A DNA stretch of 64,000 nucleotides from Myxococcales bacterium (GTDB lineage: Bacteria > Myxococcota_A > Polyangia > Polyangiales > DASUME01). Position 1 is the stretch's first letter. Each line of letters starts with the position of its first letter. A model generated the notes under the pieces. That model searched no databases. It was not told where the DNA came from and saw only the letters and a list, made by a program, of their open reading frames with translations. The stretch covers positions 4,064,001 through 4,128,000 of the forward strand of contig JASGJH010000001.1 of the NCBI GenBank assembly GCA_047601445.1, written 5' to 3'. A program made the position numbers and the translations under genes. Shown here one piece after another: positions 48,759 to 59,154 of this stretch.

Positions 48759-50849
48759 ATGTCCGCACGAAGCGCATTGGCTTGGCTCACGCTCTTGGTT
48801 GGTTGTACGGCGGCAGCCCCGCAGAGCGATGTCACCTCAGCCCCATCACCCAGCGCGCCAGGTGACGCGCCCGGGAGTACGCCGACGGGAGAAGCGTCGT
48901 CGAGCTCCGCGCGGGAAGAGGCCCCGAACCCCGACCCGATGTTCGTGGACGCCATTTTCCAGGCCAAGTCCGCGGTGGTCGTGAAGGATGGCCAGATGTT
49001 CGGCGACTGGGAGTGGGTCGAGGTACCTGGTTCCCAGTGTCGGGATGGGTCCACCGCCGGCTACTACATCAAGCGCAACAGTGCGTCCGACAATCTGATG
49101 ATCTTCCTGAACGGCGGCGGCGTCTGCTACGACGACTTCTTCTGCTCCATCAACCCGGCCAACGTGGACCAAAGTCTACCGGGCGAAAACCTGCTCGGCG
49201 CCATCGGCGATATCCTGACAAACAGCGTCGCTCCGGTGCGCCAGGTTCCGCCCGAGGCAGGCATCTTCTTGGATCGTCCCGAGAACCCCGTCGGCAAGTG
49301 GAACATGGTCTACGTGCCCTATTGCACGGGCGATGTGCATGCTGGCACCAAGCGCGACGCGCCCGTGTTCACGGCGTCGTTCGTGGGCAAGCAGCAGTTC
49401 GTGGGCTACGACAACCTGAGCTTGTTCCTGGAAGACTTCGGCGCTGCATTTCAGGGCGCAGAGAAGGTGCTGCTCACCGGATCGAGCGCCGGTGGCTTTG
49501 GCACCCTGCTCAACTTCGACCGCACCCAGCGCTTCTTCTCCGACAGCATGGTGTATGCGGTGAGCGACTCGGGCATCCCCTTCGGCGACGAGTTCCTCGA
49601 GCCGTGTCTGCAGAAGCGCTGGCGCGAGCTCTGGGGCCTCGACGCCGTCTTGCCGCGCGACTGCTCGGGTTGCTTCAACGCCGACGGCGGCGGCCTGGCC
49701 TCGGGACTCGGCCACTACATCTTCAAAGAGAAATACGCAGGCCGCATGTTGGGTGGGGGGATCTCCACCGAGCAGGACGAGATCATCAAGCTCTTCTTCA
49801 GCTCGGGCTTGCGCGAGTGCACCAACAGTGCCCTGCTCGAGACCATCCCACTCTTCCTCGGCTTGACTGGCTATCCTGCAGATCGCTACCCGGGCGGCCT
49901 GCGCGACTTCGTGCAGAACATCGCCGGACTCGACAGTGTGGGCAGCTACATCATGGCCGGCAGCAATCACCAGCACTTGTTCCGCGATCGCTTCTACAGC
50001 TCGAACGGCCTTGGAATCACGCTGGCCCACTGGCTGGCCAAGACCCTGGATGGCGAAGCGGTCCACGCGGGTGCGCTGCTCGATGCGGCGCCCGAGCCCA
50101 CTTTCGGATCCACGGGTCACAACGGTCCACTGAAGGTCGCCAGCTACACCAGCGGCTTCCGCGACGGCCCCGACTTCGCGGACGCGACCATCTGGTACCC
50201 CGATGGCGTGACGGGGCCCCTGGCGAGCGTGGCCGTGGTTCCAGGCTGGGTTTCGAGCCAAGGCGACGTGACCGATTGGGGGCCGTTCTTGGCCTCTCAC
50301 GGTTTTGCCGTGATCACCATCGGCACCAACAGCCCTGCCACGGATCTGCCGGCCGACCGTGAACGCGCGGTCATGGACGCGCTCGAGACGATGCGCGCCG
50401 AGAACAGCCGCTGGTTCGGTCCGCTGCAGAACAAGCTCGACCTGACGCGTCAGGCGGTGATCGGCTGGTCCATGGGAGGCGGCGCGAGCCTGCTGGCGGC
50501 AGCCGATCATCCCGAGCTCAAGGCGGCCGTCTCGCTGTGTGGCTGGAACCCTGGCCATTCCTACAACGACGTGACGGTTCCTTCCCTACTCTTTGCGGGC
50601 ACCCTCGATGCTCTTGCCGGCGGTCAGTCGCAGGGCTTCTACGAGAGCATCCCCAACGCTACGCCGCGCTTGCTCTACGAAGTTCAAGGCGGTGACCACT
50701 GGGTCGCGAATGACCCCGCACACGAAGAGGGACAAATTGGACGCCTCGCGCTGTCGTGGTTGAAGCTCTACGTCGATGGCGACGAGCGCTACCGCAAGTT
50801 CCTGCTCGAAGAGCCCTTCAACGCCGCCGACTTCCGGGTCGACCTGTAG
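48759..50849 (+). CDS. Lipoprotein fusing a pectinacetylesterase-family esterase with a cutinase/PETase-like hydrolase
   Basis: LLVGC lipobox. Domain 1: CRDGS, FLNGGGVC, YVPYCTGDVH, TGSSAGG. Domain 2: VVPGW, WGPFLASHGF, GWSMGGG, D in GTLDAL, H in GGDHW. Confidence 0.85.
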   Translation: MSARSALAWLTLLVGCTAAAPQSDVTSAPSPSAPGDAPGSTPTGEASSSSAREEAPNPDPMFVDAIFQAKSAVVVKDGQMFGDWEWVEVPGSQCRDGSTAGYYIKRNSASDNLMIFLNGGGVCYDDFFCSINPANVDQSLPGENLLGAIGDILTNSVAPVRQVPPEAGIFLDRPENPVGKWNMVYVPYCTGDVHAGTKRDAPVFTASFVGKQQFVGYDNLSLFLEDFGAAFQGAEKVLLTGSSAGGFGTLLNFDRTQRFFSDSMVYAVSDSGIPFGDEFLEPCLQKRWRELWGLDAVLPRDCSGCFNADGGGLASGLGHYIFKEKYAGRMLGGGISTEQDEIIKLFFSSGLRECTNSALLETIPLFLGLTGYPADRYPGGLRDFVQNIAGLDSVGSYIMAGSNHQHLFRDRFYSSNGLGITLAHWLAKTLDGEAVHAGALLDAAPEPTFGSTGHNGPLKVASYTSGFRDGPDFADATIWYPDGVTGPLASVAVVPGWVSSQGDVTDWGPFLASHGFAVITIGTNSPATDLPADRERAVMDALETMRAENSRWFGPLQNKLDLTRQAVIGWSMGGGASLLAAADHPELKAAVSLCGWNPGHSYNDVTVPSLLFAGTLDALAGGQSQGFYESIPNATPRLLYEVQGGDHWVANDPAHEEGQIGRLALSWLKLYVDGDERYRKFLLEEPFNAADFRVDL

Positions 50850-50857
50850 CGCTGACC

Positions 50858-51874
50858 TTACGGGCAGTGATCCACGGGCACCAGGTTGTCCACCGCGAGG
50901 ATGCCGCCCTTGTTGGCATCGGTGCTCGACGGCGCGAGCGAGAGATGAGCGACGTCCGCGGTCGGCACGAAGGTGGCGCAAAAGGTCTGCCACGTGGTCG
51001 TCGGCGTCGGAGACGCCCACAGCAGCTGATCTCGCCCGCAACGCGAGCTTCCGCCCCAGATCTCGAGGTGGTTCGTGCCCGAGACTTCGCCCTGCAGTAG
51101 CGGTGCGGCAACGTCGATCAAGAAGCTGTGGGAAGTGCCCGCTTTGAGCGGCGCGCACAGCGGCTCCGAAGCCCCCTGGGTCCCCACTCCACCGTTGGCC
51201 GAGGTGAGCAAGTAGGTCTTGCCGTCGGTCGGCGCGAGCTGTCCATCCATCCCGGGGTACGGCCGATCGGACCAGATGGTGTTGTTGTCGGTGGGAAAGC
51301 TGCCACAGCTCACCCACGGGCTCGCGCTGGACACCCCGTCGCCGAGCCAGCCTGGCGAGCTGCTTCCCGAAGGATCGCCCTCGATGGATGGATTCGTGAA
51401 ACACACGTTCCCGTCGCCCTTGGTTCCACCATCGGCCTCGCAGTCCAGCACCTCGGCCGTCACCATCGCAGTCGCAGTTTGCTGCTGCTGCGAGAACTCC
51501 TGCGACGAGGCGGGCGCATCCTTCACCGTCACCGAGTAGGCTGTCGTCGCCGTGGGGCAGAGGTGCCGCATGGGATTCGCCGAGCCGTCCTCCCAGGTGA
51601 ATGAGTAAGGTGCCACACCGCCCTTGGCGACCGCGACCACGTCGGCGCAATCTCCTGCGCAGGCGAGCGTGACGATATCGATGGTGACGTGGTCTCGCTC
51701 CACGTGAGCTTTCAGCTTGTCCTCTGGGTCTGCGCCGTCGGGGCCGTCGTCGTCCGCCCCCTGATTGTCATCGGGCGGGCCCCCGGGATCGTCGGTCCGG
51801 CCGACGGTCGCCTGGGTCGCAGAGCAGCCTGCAAGGGCGATGAGCGCCAAGAGAAGAGAGGGCCGGAGGTTCAT
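50858..51874 (-). CDS. Lipoprotein with SprB/Ig-like repeat
   Basis: ALAGC lipobox, AKGGVAPYSFTW...YSVTVKD. Confidence 0.65.
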   Translation of the reverse strand: MNLRPSLLLALIALAGCSATQATVGRTDDPGGPPDDNQGADDDGPDGADPEDKLKAHVERDHVTIDIVTLACAGDCADVVAVAKGGVAPYSFTWEDGSANPMRHLCPTATTAYSVTVKDAPASSQEFSQQQQTATAMVTAEVLDCEADGGTKGDGNVCFTNPSIEGDPSGSSSPGWLGDGVSSASPWVSCGSFPTDNNTIWSDRPYPGMDGQLAPTDGKTYLLTSANGGVGTQGASEPLCAPLKAGTSHSFLIDVAAPLLQGEVSGTNHLEIWGGSSRCGRDQLLWASPTPTTTWQTFCATFVPTADVAHLSLAPSSTDANKGGILAVDNLVPVDHCP

Positions 51875-51930
51875 GCTCCCTTCATGCGGCGATCCGACCA
51901 GTCCTTGGCCATGGGGAAGGAATTTCTGGC

Positions 51931-52932
51931 TCAGGGATCTCGCGCGCAGCGGAAGCCGAGATGGTTCGTGGTGCTGTCAGGGGCGCCCTTGCCCCGCGCA
52001 CCGGGCATGTAACGGGAGCAGTACTGGTCGGTGCAGAGAAACGAGCCGCCCTTTTGTACCCGCTTGGCCACCCCGGGTTCTTCGGGGTCGTCGCTGTCAT
52101 TCGGACCTCCAGGGTCGGTGACTCGACCGTGGGCCGACACCACCGCGTAGTAGTCCGCACGGTACCAATCCGAAACCCACTCCCAAACGTTCCCCGACAT
52201 GTCGAACAGACCCAAGGCATTGGGAGGGAACGAGCCTACGGGCGCCGTGTGTCGATACCCGTCTTCTTCCGTATTGTGGGTGGGAAATCGCCCCTGGAAG
52301 GTGTTCGCCATCAACCTTCCTTCGGGTCGCGGCTCATGCCCCCAGGTGTAGGGCGCGCGCTCGAGACCACCCCGCGCTGCGAACTCCCACTCGGCTTCGG
52401 TGGGTAGCCGCTTGCGTGCCCAACGCGCGAAAGCCTGCGCGTCTTCATGGGCGATGTGCACCACCGGATGATTGCCGAGGCCACGCAAGTCGCTATCCGG
52501 CCCGCTCGGACGGCGCCAACTCGCTCCCTGCACATAGCGCCACCATGCGTAATGGGAGCCCAGATTCGTCGAGCTTCGAGGGGGCGTAAAGACGGACGAG
52601 CCTGCGACGAGGTTCTCCTTGGGAACCCCGGGATAGCGGTCCGCAGTGGGCATGCGCTCCGCCAGCGTGACGTACCCAGTCGCTCGGACGAAGCGTGCGA
52701 ACTGCTCGTTCGTGACCTCGGTGACGTCGATCCAGAATGGGCTGACCTTCACTTCGTGAATGGGCTGCGCGTCGCGCATGTGGCGCGACGGATTGCCCAT
52801 CGCGAACACACCGCCAGAAACGAACACCATCCCAGTTGGAGGGGTCAGCTCAGTTTGTGCACCGCGTCCGAACGCTGCCGCACTGCCAAAGACGATGGCA
52901 GCCAAGCACCCAAGCACGAGCCATCTTCGCAT
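51931..52932 (-). CDS. Formylglycine-generating enzyme (sulfatase-modifying factor)
   Basis: EVTNEQF, RLPTEAEWE, GNVWEW, KGGSFLCTDQYCSRY (CxxxxC), HLGFRC. Confidence 0.92.
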   Translation of the reverse strand: MRRWLVLGCLAAIVFGSAAAFGRGAQTELTPPTGMVFVSGGVFAMGNPSRHMRDAQPIHEVKVSPFWIDVTEVTNEQFARFVRATGYVTLAERMPTADRYPGVPKENLVAGSSVFTPPRSSTNLGSHYAWWRYVQGASWRRPSGPDSDLRGLGNHPVVHIAHEDAQAFARWARKRLPTEAEWEFAARGGLERAPYTWGHEPRPEGRLMANTFQGRFPTHNTEEDGYRHTAPVGSFPPNALGLFDMSGNVWEWVSDWYRADYYAVVSAHGRVTDPGGPNDSDDPEEPGVAKRVQKGGSFLCTDQYCSRYMPGARGKGAPDSTTNHLGFRCARDP

Positions 52933-53059
52933 ATCGCCTCACCTGGTCGTCGCCCCGGCAAGGCAATGCAAAAGCGAAGCCGGAAGAGGTGCAAAACCGT
53001 TCGAGCGCCCGTTGGTGGCTCCCTTCTTGCTGCCGGGTCCTGGCTAGAGGAGGTTCGAC

Positions 53060-54799
53060 ATGGGACGCACTTACTTCGCGCAGCCCCGCACGCTGTCCGC
53101 CTGCACGGCGGTCGCGCTTCAAGTCGTTCTGGGCTGCGCCGGACGCCCGGAATCAACCACCACGGCGGTCGCGCAGGCGGCGCCCCCAAAGCAGGCAGCG
53201 TCTCCAACCCAAGCTTCGCCCACGCCGGGGCCGAATCCGAGTCGAGCGCAGGGGTTCAAGGGGTTCGACCACCCGAACCAGTACATCACCGTGAAGCCGG
53301 TGGCGCCGGCCCCCAACATGGAGCCGATGATTCAACACCCGGAGCAGGAGCGCGAGGTGCGCGATCGACTGGCAGCGCTCGAGAAGAAGATCGGCAAGAA
53401 GCCCAACTTGCTCTTCTTCATGCTCGACGACGTGGGCTGGATGGACGTCGGCTTCAATGGCGGCGGCGCGAGCGTCGGCAACCCCACGCCGAACCTGGAC
53501 GCCACGGCATCCGAGGGCCTCATCCTCACGTCAGCCTACTCGCAGCCCTCCTGCTCTCCCACGCGCGCGACGATCATGACGGGCCAGTACCCCGTGCACC
53601 ACGGCATCTTGCGGCCGCCGATGTACGGCGAGAAAGGCGGTCTCGAGGGTTTTACCACCATCGCCAAAGTTCTTTCCGACCAGGGCTACACCACCCAAGC
53701 CATCGGCAAGTGGCACATCGGAGAGAATGAGAGTTCGCAGCCCCAGAACGTCGGCTTCGACGATTTCCGCGGCTTCCTCTCGGTCTCGGACATGTACACC
53801 GAATGGCGAGATCCGTCGGCCAATCCCGAGGTCGCGCTCAGCCCCGCTCGCACCAAGTTCATGGAGAAGCTCGGCTTCAACAAGAACGACGTGCACGCCA
53901 CACGCGGCGCCAAGGTCCAGAAGGTTCGCGAGATCACGCCGGACAACATTCCGAACCTCGACCAAGAATGGGCTGCCTACGGAGAGCAATTCCTGCGCAA
54001 GATGAAGGACAGCAAGAAGCCGTTCTTCCTCTACTACAACACGCGCGGCTGCCACTTCGACAACTACCCGAACGAGAAGTTCGCCGGACGCTCGCCCGCT
54101 CGCACGCCCTACAGCGATTGCATGGTGGAGGTCGACGACATCTTCGGTCGCTTGCGGAAGGCCCTCGAAGAGACCGGGCAGCTTGAAAACACCCTCATCG
54201 TCTTCACCTCGGACAACGGCCCGGAACAGGAGGTTCCGCCGTACGGACGCACCCCGTTCCGCGGTGGAAAGGGCTCCACCTGGGAGGGCGGCGTTCGCGT
54301 TCCGACGTTCGTCTACTGGAAGGGCATGATCACACCGCGCAAGTCGGAGGGCCTATTCGACATGACCGACGTGTTCCCGACCTTTGCCGCGCTGTCCGGC
54401 AAGCCCACCAAGGATGTCGGACGACTCGTTGGAGACAAGCAATACGTGGACGGTGTCGACCAGGCCTCCTTCCTGCTAGCGAATGACGGCGTCTCGAACC
54501 GCCGAAGCATTCTCTACTTCCTGGACGACAAGCTCTCGGCCACGCGCATCGATGAGCTCAAATACGTCGCTCTCGCGCAATCCCCCACGGCACTGACCAC
54601 CCGAGGAGAACAGGGAGGCTTCACGGGAGCCGTTGAAAAGACGGCTGGTGCACTGATCTTCAACCTCTATACCAATCCGCAAGAGGATGAGGCGGTCGGC
54701 ATTCGCCACATCCCCATGTCCCTGCCCCTGATGCAGGAGCTCGAGCGCTACGGCGAGGTACTGAAGAAGTTCCCGCCCAAGACGCAGATCGGATTCTGA
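53060..54799 (+). CDS. Arylsulfatase (AslA-like, Cys-type)
   Basis: [17 protein letters not shown] signature, [21 protein letters not shown]. Confidence 0.93.
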   Translation: MGRTYFAQPRTLSACTAVALQVVLGCAGRPESTTTAVAQAAPPKQAASPTQASPTPGPNPSRAQGFKGFDHPNQYITVKPVAPAPNMEPMIQHPEQEREVRDRLAALEKKIGKKPNLLFFMLDDVGWMDVGFNGGGASVGNPTPNLDATASEGLILTSAYSQPSCSPTRATIMTGQYPVHHGILRPPMYGEKGGLEGFTTIAKVLSDQGYTTQAIGKWHIGENESSQPQNVGFDDFRGFLSVSDMYTEWRDPSANPEVALSPARTKFMEKLGFNKNDVHATRGAKVQKVREITPDNIPNLDQEWAAYGEQFLRKMKDSKKPFFLYYNTRGCHFDNYPNEKFAGRSPARTPYSDCMVEVDDIFGRLRKALEETGQLENTLIVFTSDNGPEQEVPPYGRTPFRGGKGSTWEGGVRVPTFVYWKGMITPRKSEGLFDMTDVFPTFAALSGKPTKDVGRLVGDKQYVDGVDQASFLLANDGVSNRRSILYFLDDKLSATRIDELKYVALAQSPTALTTRGEQGGFTGAVEKTAGALIFNLYTNPQEDEAVGIRHIPMSLPLMQELERYGEVLKKFPPKTQIGF

Positions 54800-55134
54800 G
54801 AGGAAGATGAGCGGCCACGCTCACGCACGCCGTCGCTGTTCATGTCAAAGTCCAGGCCCACGTCTTCCACCGCGCTCACGACCCGAGTTGCCATCTGAGC
54901 TCGTTGGCCTGGACTTGGTCGGAAGACGTCGACTTCGACATGAACGGCGACGGCGTGCGTGAACGACAACACGTCACCTACCACGCAAACAGCCGCTCCA
55001 CTCCGCGCCGTCCCAAGAGCACTTCGCTCACACTTGTATGCATTCCATGAATGACACACCAGAATTCGTTTCATTGGAACAATAACGCTCACGAGCCTAT
55101 CGTCGTGCCGGTTGAGGGCGCCAGGGAGCACGAC

Positions 55135-55854
55135 ATGGGCAGCTTGCTTGTTCCAATCGATCAGGGTTTCGCAGAACACTTTGCCCACGAGTGGGTCGCC
55201 GCCTGGAACGCTCACGATCTCGACCGCATCTTCTCGCACTACGCGGACGACTTTGAGTTTTCCTCCCCATTGATCGCTCAGCGGGGCTTCTCGACGACCG
55301 GGACGCTTCGGGGCAAGCAGGCCATGCGTCCCTATTGGTCGGCGGGCTTGGCGTCGGCTCCGCAACTGCGCTTCGAGATCCGCGAGGTGTTCGCGGGCGC
55401 CGATTGCGTGTCCATTCAATATCACAGCGTCGGCCGAGGTCTGGTCAGCGAGATGTTCTTCTTCGATGAGCAGCGCCGAGTCGTGCGCGCAGCGGCGAGC
55501 TATGGACGGAAGATCGAGTCGCCCCCACAGCTGCAGCAAGCTTGCCATGCCTACCGCGTCGACTTCGACTCGCTGCCTTGGGAATCTCCGATGCCGGGAG
55601 TGCGCCACAAGGTGGTGTCGTGCGAAGCGAGCGCCCTTCGCCTCGTCGAGTATTCGCAGGAGATGCCCCCGCATGCATGCGAGCGGGGCCACGCCGGGCA
55701 GATCCTGTCTGGGCGATTGCAAGTCGAGATCTCGGGTCAACGGCTCCAGTTTGGTCCCGGCGATGGGTTGCTGATCCCGCCGGGTCCCGCCCATGCCCAT
55801 GTCGCGGCCGCGCTCACTCCCACCGTGCTGGCGCTCTTCGTCGAGAAGGCCTAG
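55135..55854 (+). CDS. SnoaL/NTF2-like domain fused to a cupin domain
   Basis: EWVAAWNAHDLDRIFSHYADD (NTF2), then PHACERGHAG...GDGLLIPPGPAHAH (cupin). Confidence 0.75.
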   Translation: MGSLLVPIDQGFAEHFAHEWVAAWNAHDLDRIFSHYADDFEFSSPLIAQRGFSTTGTLRGKQAMRPYWSAGLASAPQLRFEIREVFAGADCVSIQYHSVGRGLVSEMFFFDEQRRVVRAAASYGRKIESPPQLQQACHAYRVDFDSLPWESPMPGVRHKVVSCEASALRLVEYSQEMPPHACERGHAGQILSGRLQVEISGQRLQFGPGDGLLIPPGPAHAHVAAALTPTVLALFVEKA

Positions 55855-57587
55855 CGGCGGGCCCCACGCACGAACTCCGTGATCCTCACGGCGCGCTCTC
55901 GGGCCTCTTCGATCTCCTTCGGATCCTGGGTCTCGATCGCGGCACGCAGATGCGCGATGACAGCACCGAGTTCTGCGCGCTCCACGCCCGTGAGCTCCGC
56001 GTAGAGTGCATCGGCGCGCGCGAGGGCCGTGCGGTTCGGGAGCGCCTCGCGCGGGTGGAACTTGAGGCCCTTCATGGCCGCCCGAGCTTGCTCGATTTGC
56101 TTGGGGCTCAGCGCTCCCGGGCGCTGCTCGATCACCACCACGTGTTTCTTGTCGGAGTCGACGACCTGCATCTCCACCTCGAGAATGCCGTTCAGGTCAT
56201 AGGTGAAGCGCACTTCGACGCCGGCCTCACCCTTGGGCTTTCGCGGGAGATCCTTGACGGTGTATTCGCCGAGCTTGGTGTTGTCCTTACACAGCGAATG
56301 TTCGCCCTGGAAGACCTCCACCTGGATTTGCTTCTGGTTGTCCTCGATGGTGGCGAAACGCTCCGAGCGACTGACGGGAATGGTGGTGCCGCGCTCGATG
56401 ATCGGCGAGAAGATGCCCGCCACGTGACGCTGACCGAATTGGGTCGCGGTCGCGATGCCGAGGCTGAAGGGAGCCACGTCCGTGGCGATCAAGTCGTCCA
56501 CCGCTTGATCCCCCTGCTTGAGCGCAGCTTGCACGGCGGCACCCATGGCCACCGCCTCGTCGGCAGGCAACGTGCGATTCGGCACGCGTCCGAAGGTCTT
56601 CGCCACCATGTCCGCGACGCAGCCCATGCGCGTGGCGCCGCCCACCAGCAGCACCTCGTGCACCGCGGAGGGCAAGAGCGACGCGTCGCGCAGCGCTCGC
56701 GCGATGGGGCCACGCAGGCGCTCGATCAAGGGCTGCCAGATCTGCTCCGCGCGCGCCCGTGTGATGGTCAGCTCCACGTCCTGCGTACCTTGCTTGGTTG
56801 CGAGTCCCACGAGCGCCACGGTGGCCTCAGCAGCCAGTGAGAGGCGTCGCTTGGCGGCCTCGGCGGCCTCTCTCACGCGAGCCTTGAGGACCACATCCCT
56901 GGCCACATCGACGCCATGTCGCTCGAGAAGCTCCCGTTCAAACTCGAGCGCCAGCAGGTCGGCGAAGTCTTCGCCACCCAGGCGGGCGTCACCCGCGGAT
57001 GCTTGAACCTCGATCACACCCTCGATGATCTCGAGCACGGTGACGTCGAAGGTCCCGCCCCCCAGGTCGAGCACGATGGCGCGGATTTCCTGGTCGCGCG
57101 CGTGCAGCCCGTAGGCAAGAGCTGCAGCGGTGGGCTCGTTGATGATGCGCTCCACGTGCAAACCCGCGAGGTCACCCGCGACGCGAGTGGCCTGACGTTG
57201 CGCATCCCCGAAGTAGGCAGGAACCGTGACAATGGCTTCGCGAATCGGGCGACCGAGGGCCGCCTCTGCATCTCGCTTCAACTCCGCCAGCACCAGTGCG
57301 CTCAGCTGCTCGGGCCGAAAGCTGTGCTTGCCCAGGGTGTAGAGGCGGTCGGTCCCCATGTCGCGCTTGAACGCCAGGGCTGTGTGCTCGGGGTGCGTAG
57401 CGGCTCGCGCACGGGCGGCTGCCCCGACCAGCATGCGCCCGTCGTCATCCACGGAGACGGCGCTGGGCGTCAAGAGCTCTCCCACCGCGTTGGGCAGGAG
57501 CACAGGTTTGCCTGCTTGCAGCACGGCACACAGGGAGAACGTGGTCCCGAGGTCGATGCCAACGATCAAGTCGTTCGTGTCACTCAC
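55851..57587 (-). CDS. hscC: Hsp70-family chaperone HscC
   Basis: GIDLGTT, TVPAYF, INEPTAAA, DLGGGTFD, FTYDLNGILEV. C-terminal LKFHPRE is typical of HscC. Confidence 0.85.
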   Translation of the reverse strand: MSDTNDLIVGIDLGTTFSLCAVLQAGKPVLLPNAVGELLTPSAVSVDDDGRMLVGAAARARAATHPEHTALAFKRDMGTDRLYTLGKHSFRPEQLSALVLAELKRDAEAALGRPIREAIVTVPAYFGDAQRQATRVAGDLAGLHVERIINEPTAAALAYGLHARDQEIRAIVLDLGGGTFDVTVLEIIEGVIEVQASAGDARLGGEDFADLLALEFERELLERHGVDVARDVVLKARVREAAEAAKRRLSLAAEATVALVGLATKQGTQDVELTITRARAEQIWQPLIERLRGPIARALRDASLLPSAVHEVLLVGGATRMGCVADMVAKTFGRVPNRTLPADEAVAMGAAVQAALKQGDQAVDDLIATDVAPFSLGIATATQFGQRHVAGIFSPIIERGTTIPVSRSERFATIEDNQKQIQVEVFQGEHSLCKDNTKLGEYTVKDLPRKPKGEAGVEVRFTYDLNGILEVEMQVVDSDKKHVVVIEQRPGALSPKQIEQARAAMKGLKFHPREALPNRTALARADALYAELTGVERAELGAVIAHLRAAIETQDPKEIEEARERAVRITEFVRGARR

Positions 57588-59008
57588 CGAGAACTACCTC
57601 CCACAGAGATCGACATTGGACAGCGTCCGTTCGTTTCCTTGAGCGCCAGCGCAAAGCCCAACCGCTGGTTCAAACTGGGCTGTGAGTACTTGCTTGCAAG
57701 CTCGTACTCTCGCGCGAGAGCCGAGAACGCAGCGCGCATCTCATCGCACTCCTCCGCGCGCGACCAACGCAAGGCTTCGTCGCACAGCGCCCCCTGCTCC
57801 TCGCAGAACGCCTTCTGAGGGGTATCTTTCTCGAGGACGGCGTGCTCGTCGAACTTGGGCTTGGCGGTGTCATTGACGCAGTGGTTGCACGTGAGGCGCA
57901 AGAAGTTGATCAAGACCAGCATGCCCCACGTCGGGCCTCCCCAGCTGCCGCGGTACCAGGGCTCGCGGACCGAGTCGTGGGTGCCGCGCAGGCCCTTCTC
58001 GTAGTAGGAGAAGAGCGTGGGCGCCTGGCGTTTGAGTAGGCGTGTGACTTCTTTTCTCGTGGCCTTGTCGGACTGATCGACGAGGTCCAGCAGCTGGCTC
58101 TCTGCGCGCTCCATCTCGCCACTGTCGATGGCCTTCGCGAGCACGCGTGCGAACGCGTCGGGGAGCTCGGGACGTACCGCGACGAGCTCCCGCAGCAAGG
58201 TCAGGCGTGCACCGTCGATGCCAGCTTCGCCGATATCCGTGCGGGCGGAAACCGCTCCGAACACCTGCAGCGCCAGCGCGACCTCGGAGGAACCGAGCAG
58301 CCCAGTGACGACTCGCGTCACCCACCACATCGGCGCACGCGGGCTGAGCGGGTCACCCTTTTCGCGCGCGAGCTCCGACAAGGCAAGTTGTGCTGCCGCC
58401 TTGGCATTCCCGCGCTCGAGCAGAATGCTGGCCATGCGAGCCCACTCGGGTTTGCCCTCGGAGATCTCGCGAAGGGAGGTCAGCTCGGCATCGGTCAGCT
58501 GGTCCGGCCATTGATCTCCGATGCGCAGCAGAAACTCGCGATGCCCACGACGCACAGCCTGGCGCGCCACCAGGAGCTGCTCATTCTCGGCGTCGCGTTC
58601 CTCGAGCGAGGCGAGCAAAAGGGAGTAGGCCTCCTCGGATTGCTCGCGCGCCACGGCCTCCCGAGCGATGCTCTCCTGAACCGCCGGGTCGGACTCGCTC
58701 CAGTAGCGCTCGCTCAACGAGGGCGGTGGATTGGCCAGGGGCTCCTCGAGTGTGACAGGGGCTTCACTCGCTTCCGGTGGAGTCGGCATCTCCATGGCCA
58801 ATGCGAGCGACGACCCGACCACCTCCGGGGCCGGCCCAGACCGTAGGCGCGGCTGCACCGTCTCATAGGCGGCACGCAAGCGCTTGAAGCTCTCTGGGTC
58901 GCGCTCGGGCGGATGCTGCTTGAGTAGACGCAGATAGGCGCGACGCGCCGTCGCGGCGTCGGTCGTGCGCTCGATACCAAGGAGCGAAAGAGCTTCGTCG
59001 AAGGTCAC
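57584..59008 (-). CDS. J-domain protein (DjlB/DjlC-like) with TM segment
   Basis: LLGIERTTD...RRAYLRLLKQHPPERDPESFKRLRAAYE. GTGA overlap with hscC. Confidence 0.8.
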   Translation of the reverse strand: MTFDEALSLLGIERTTDAATARRAYLRLLKQHPPERDPESFKRLRAAYETVQPRLRSGPAPEVVGSSLALAMEMPTPPEASEAPVTLEEPLANPPPSLSERYWSESDPAVQESIAREAVAREQSEEAYSLLLASLEERDAENEQLLVARQAVRRGHREFLLRIGDQWPDQLTDAELTSLREISEGKPEWARMASILLERGNAKAAAQLALSELAREKGDPLSPRAPMWWVTRVVTGLLGSSEVALALQVFGAVSARTDIGEAGIDGARLTLLRELVAVRPELPDAFARVLAKAIDSGEMERAESQLLDLVDQSDKATRKEVTRLLKRQAPTLFSYYEKGLRGTHDSVREPWYRGSWGGPTWGMLVLINFLRLTCNHCVNDTAKPKFDEHAVLEKDTPQKAFCEEQGALCDEALRWSRAEECDEMRAAFSALAREYELASKYSQPSLNQRLGFALALKETNGRCPMSISVGGSSR

Positions 59009-59154
59009 AAGATCGCGCCGACTATACCCCAGGACCCGGGGTGAATCCGGGGTGAACGAGGGGAACGCTCAGCCCGGCAACTGTATTGAACGCCACATAG
59101 CGGTTGGAGCTCACCGCGCCGGTATGAAGCCATGATATTTAGGTTCGATACCAG

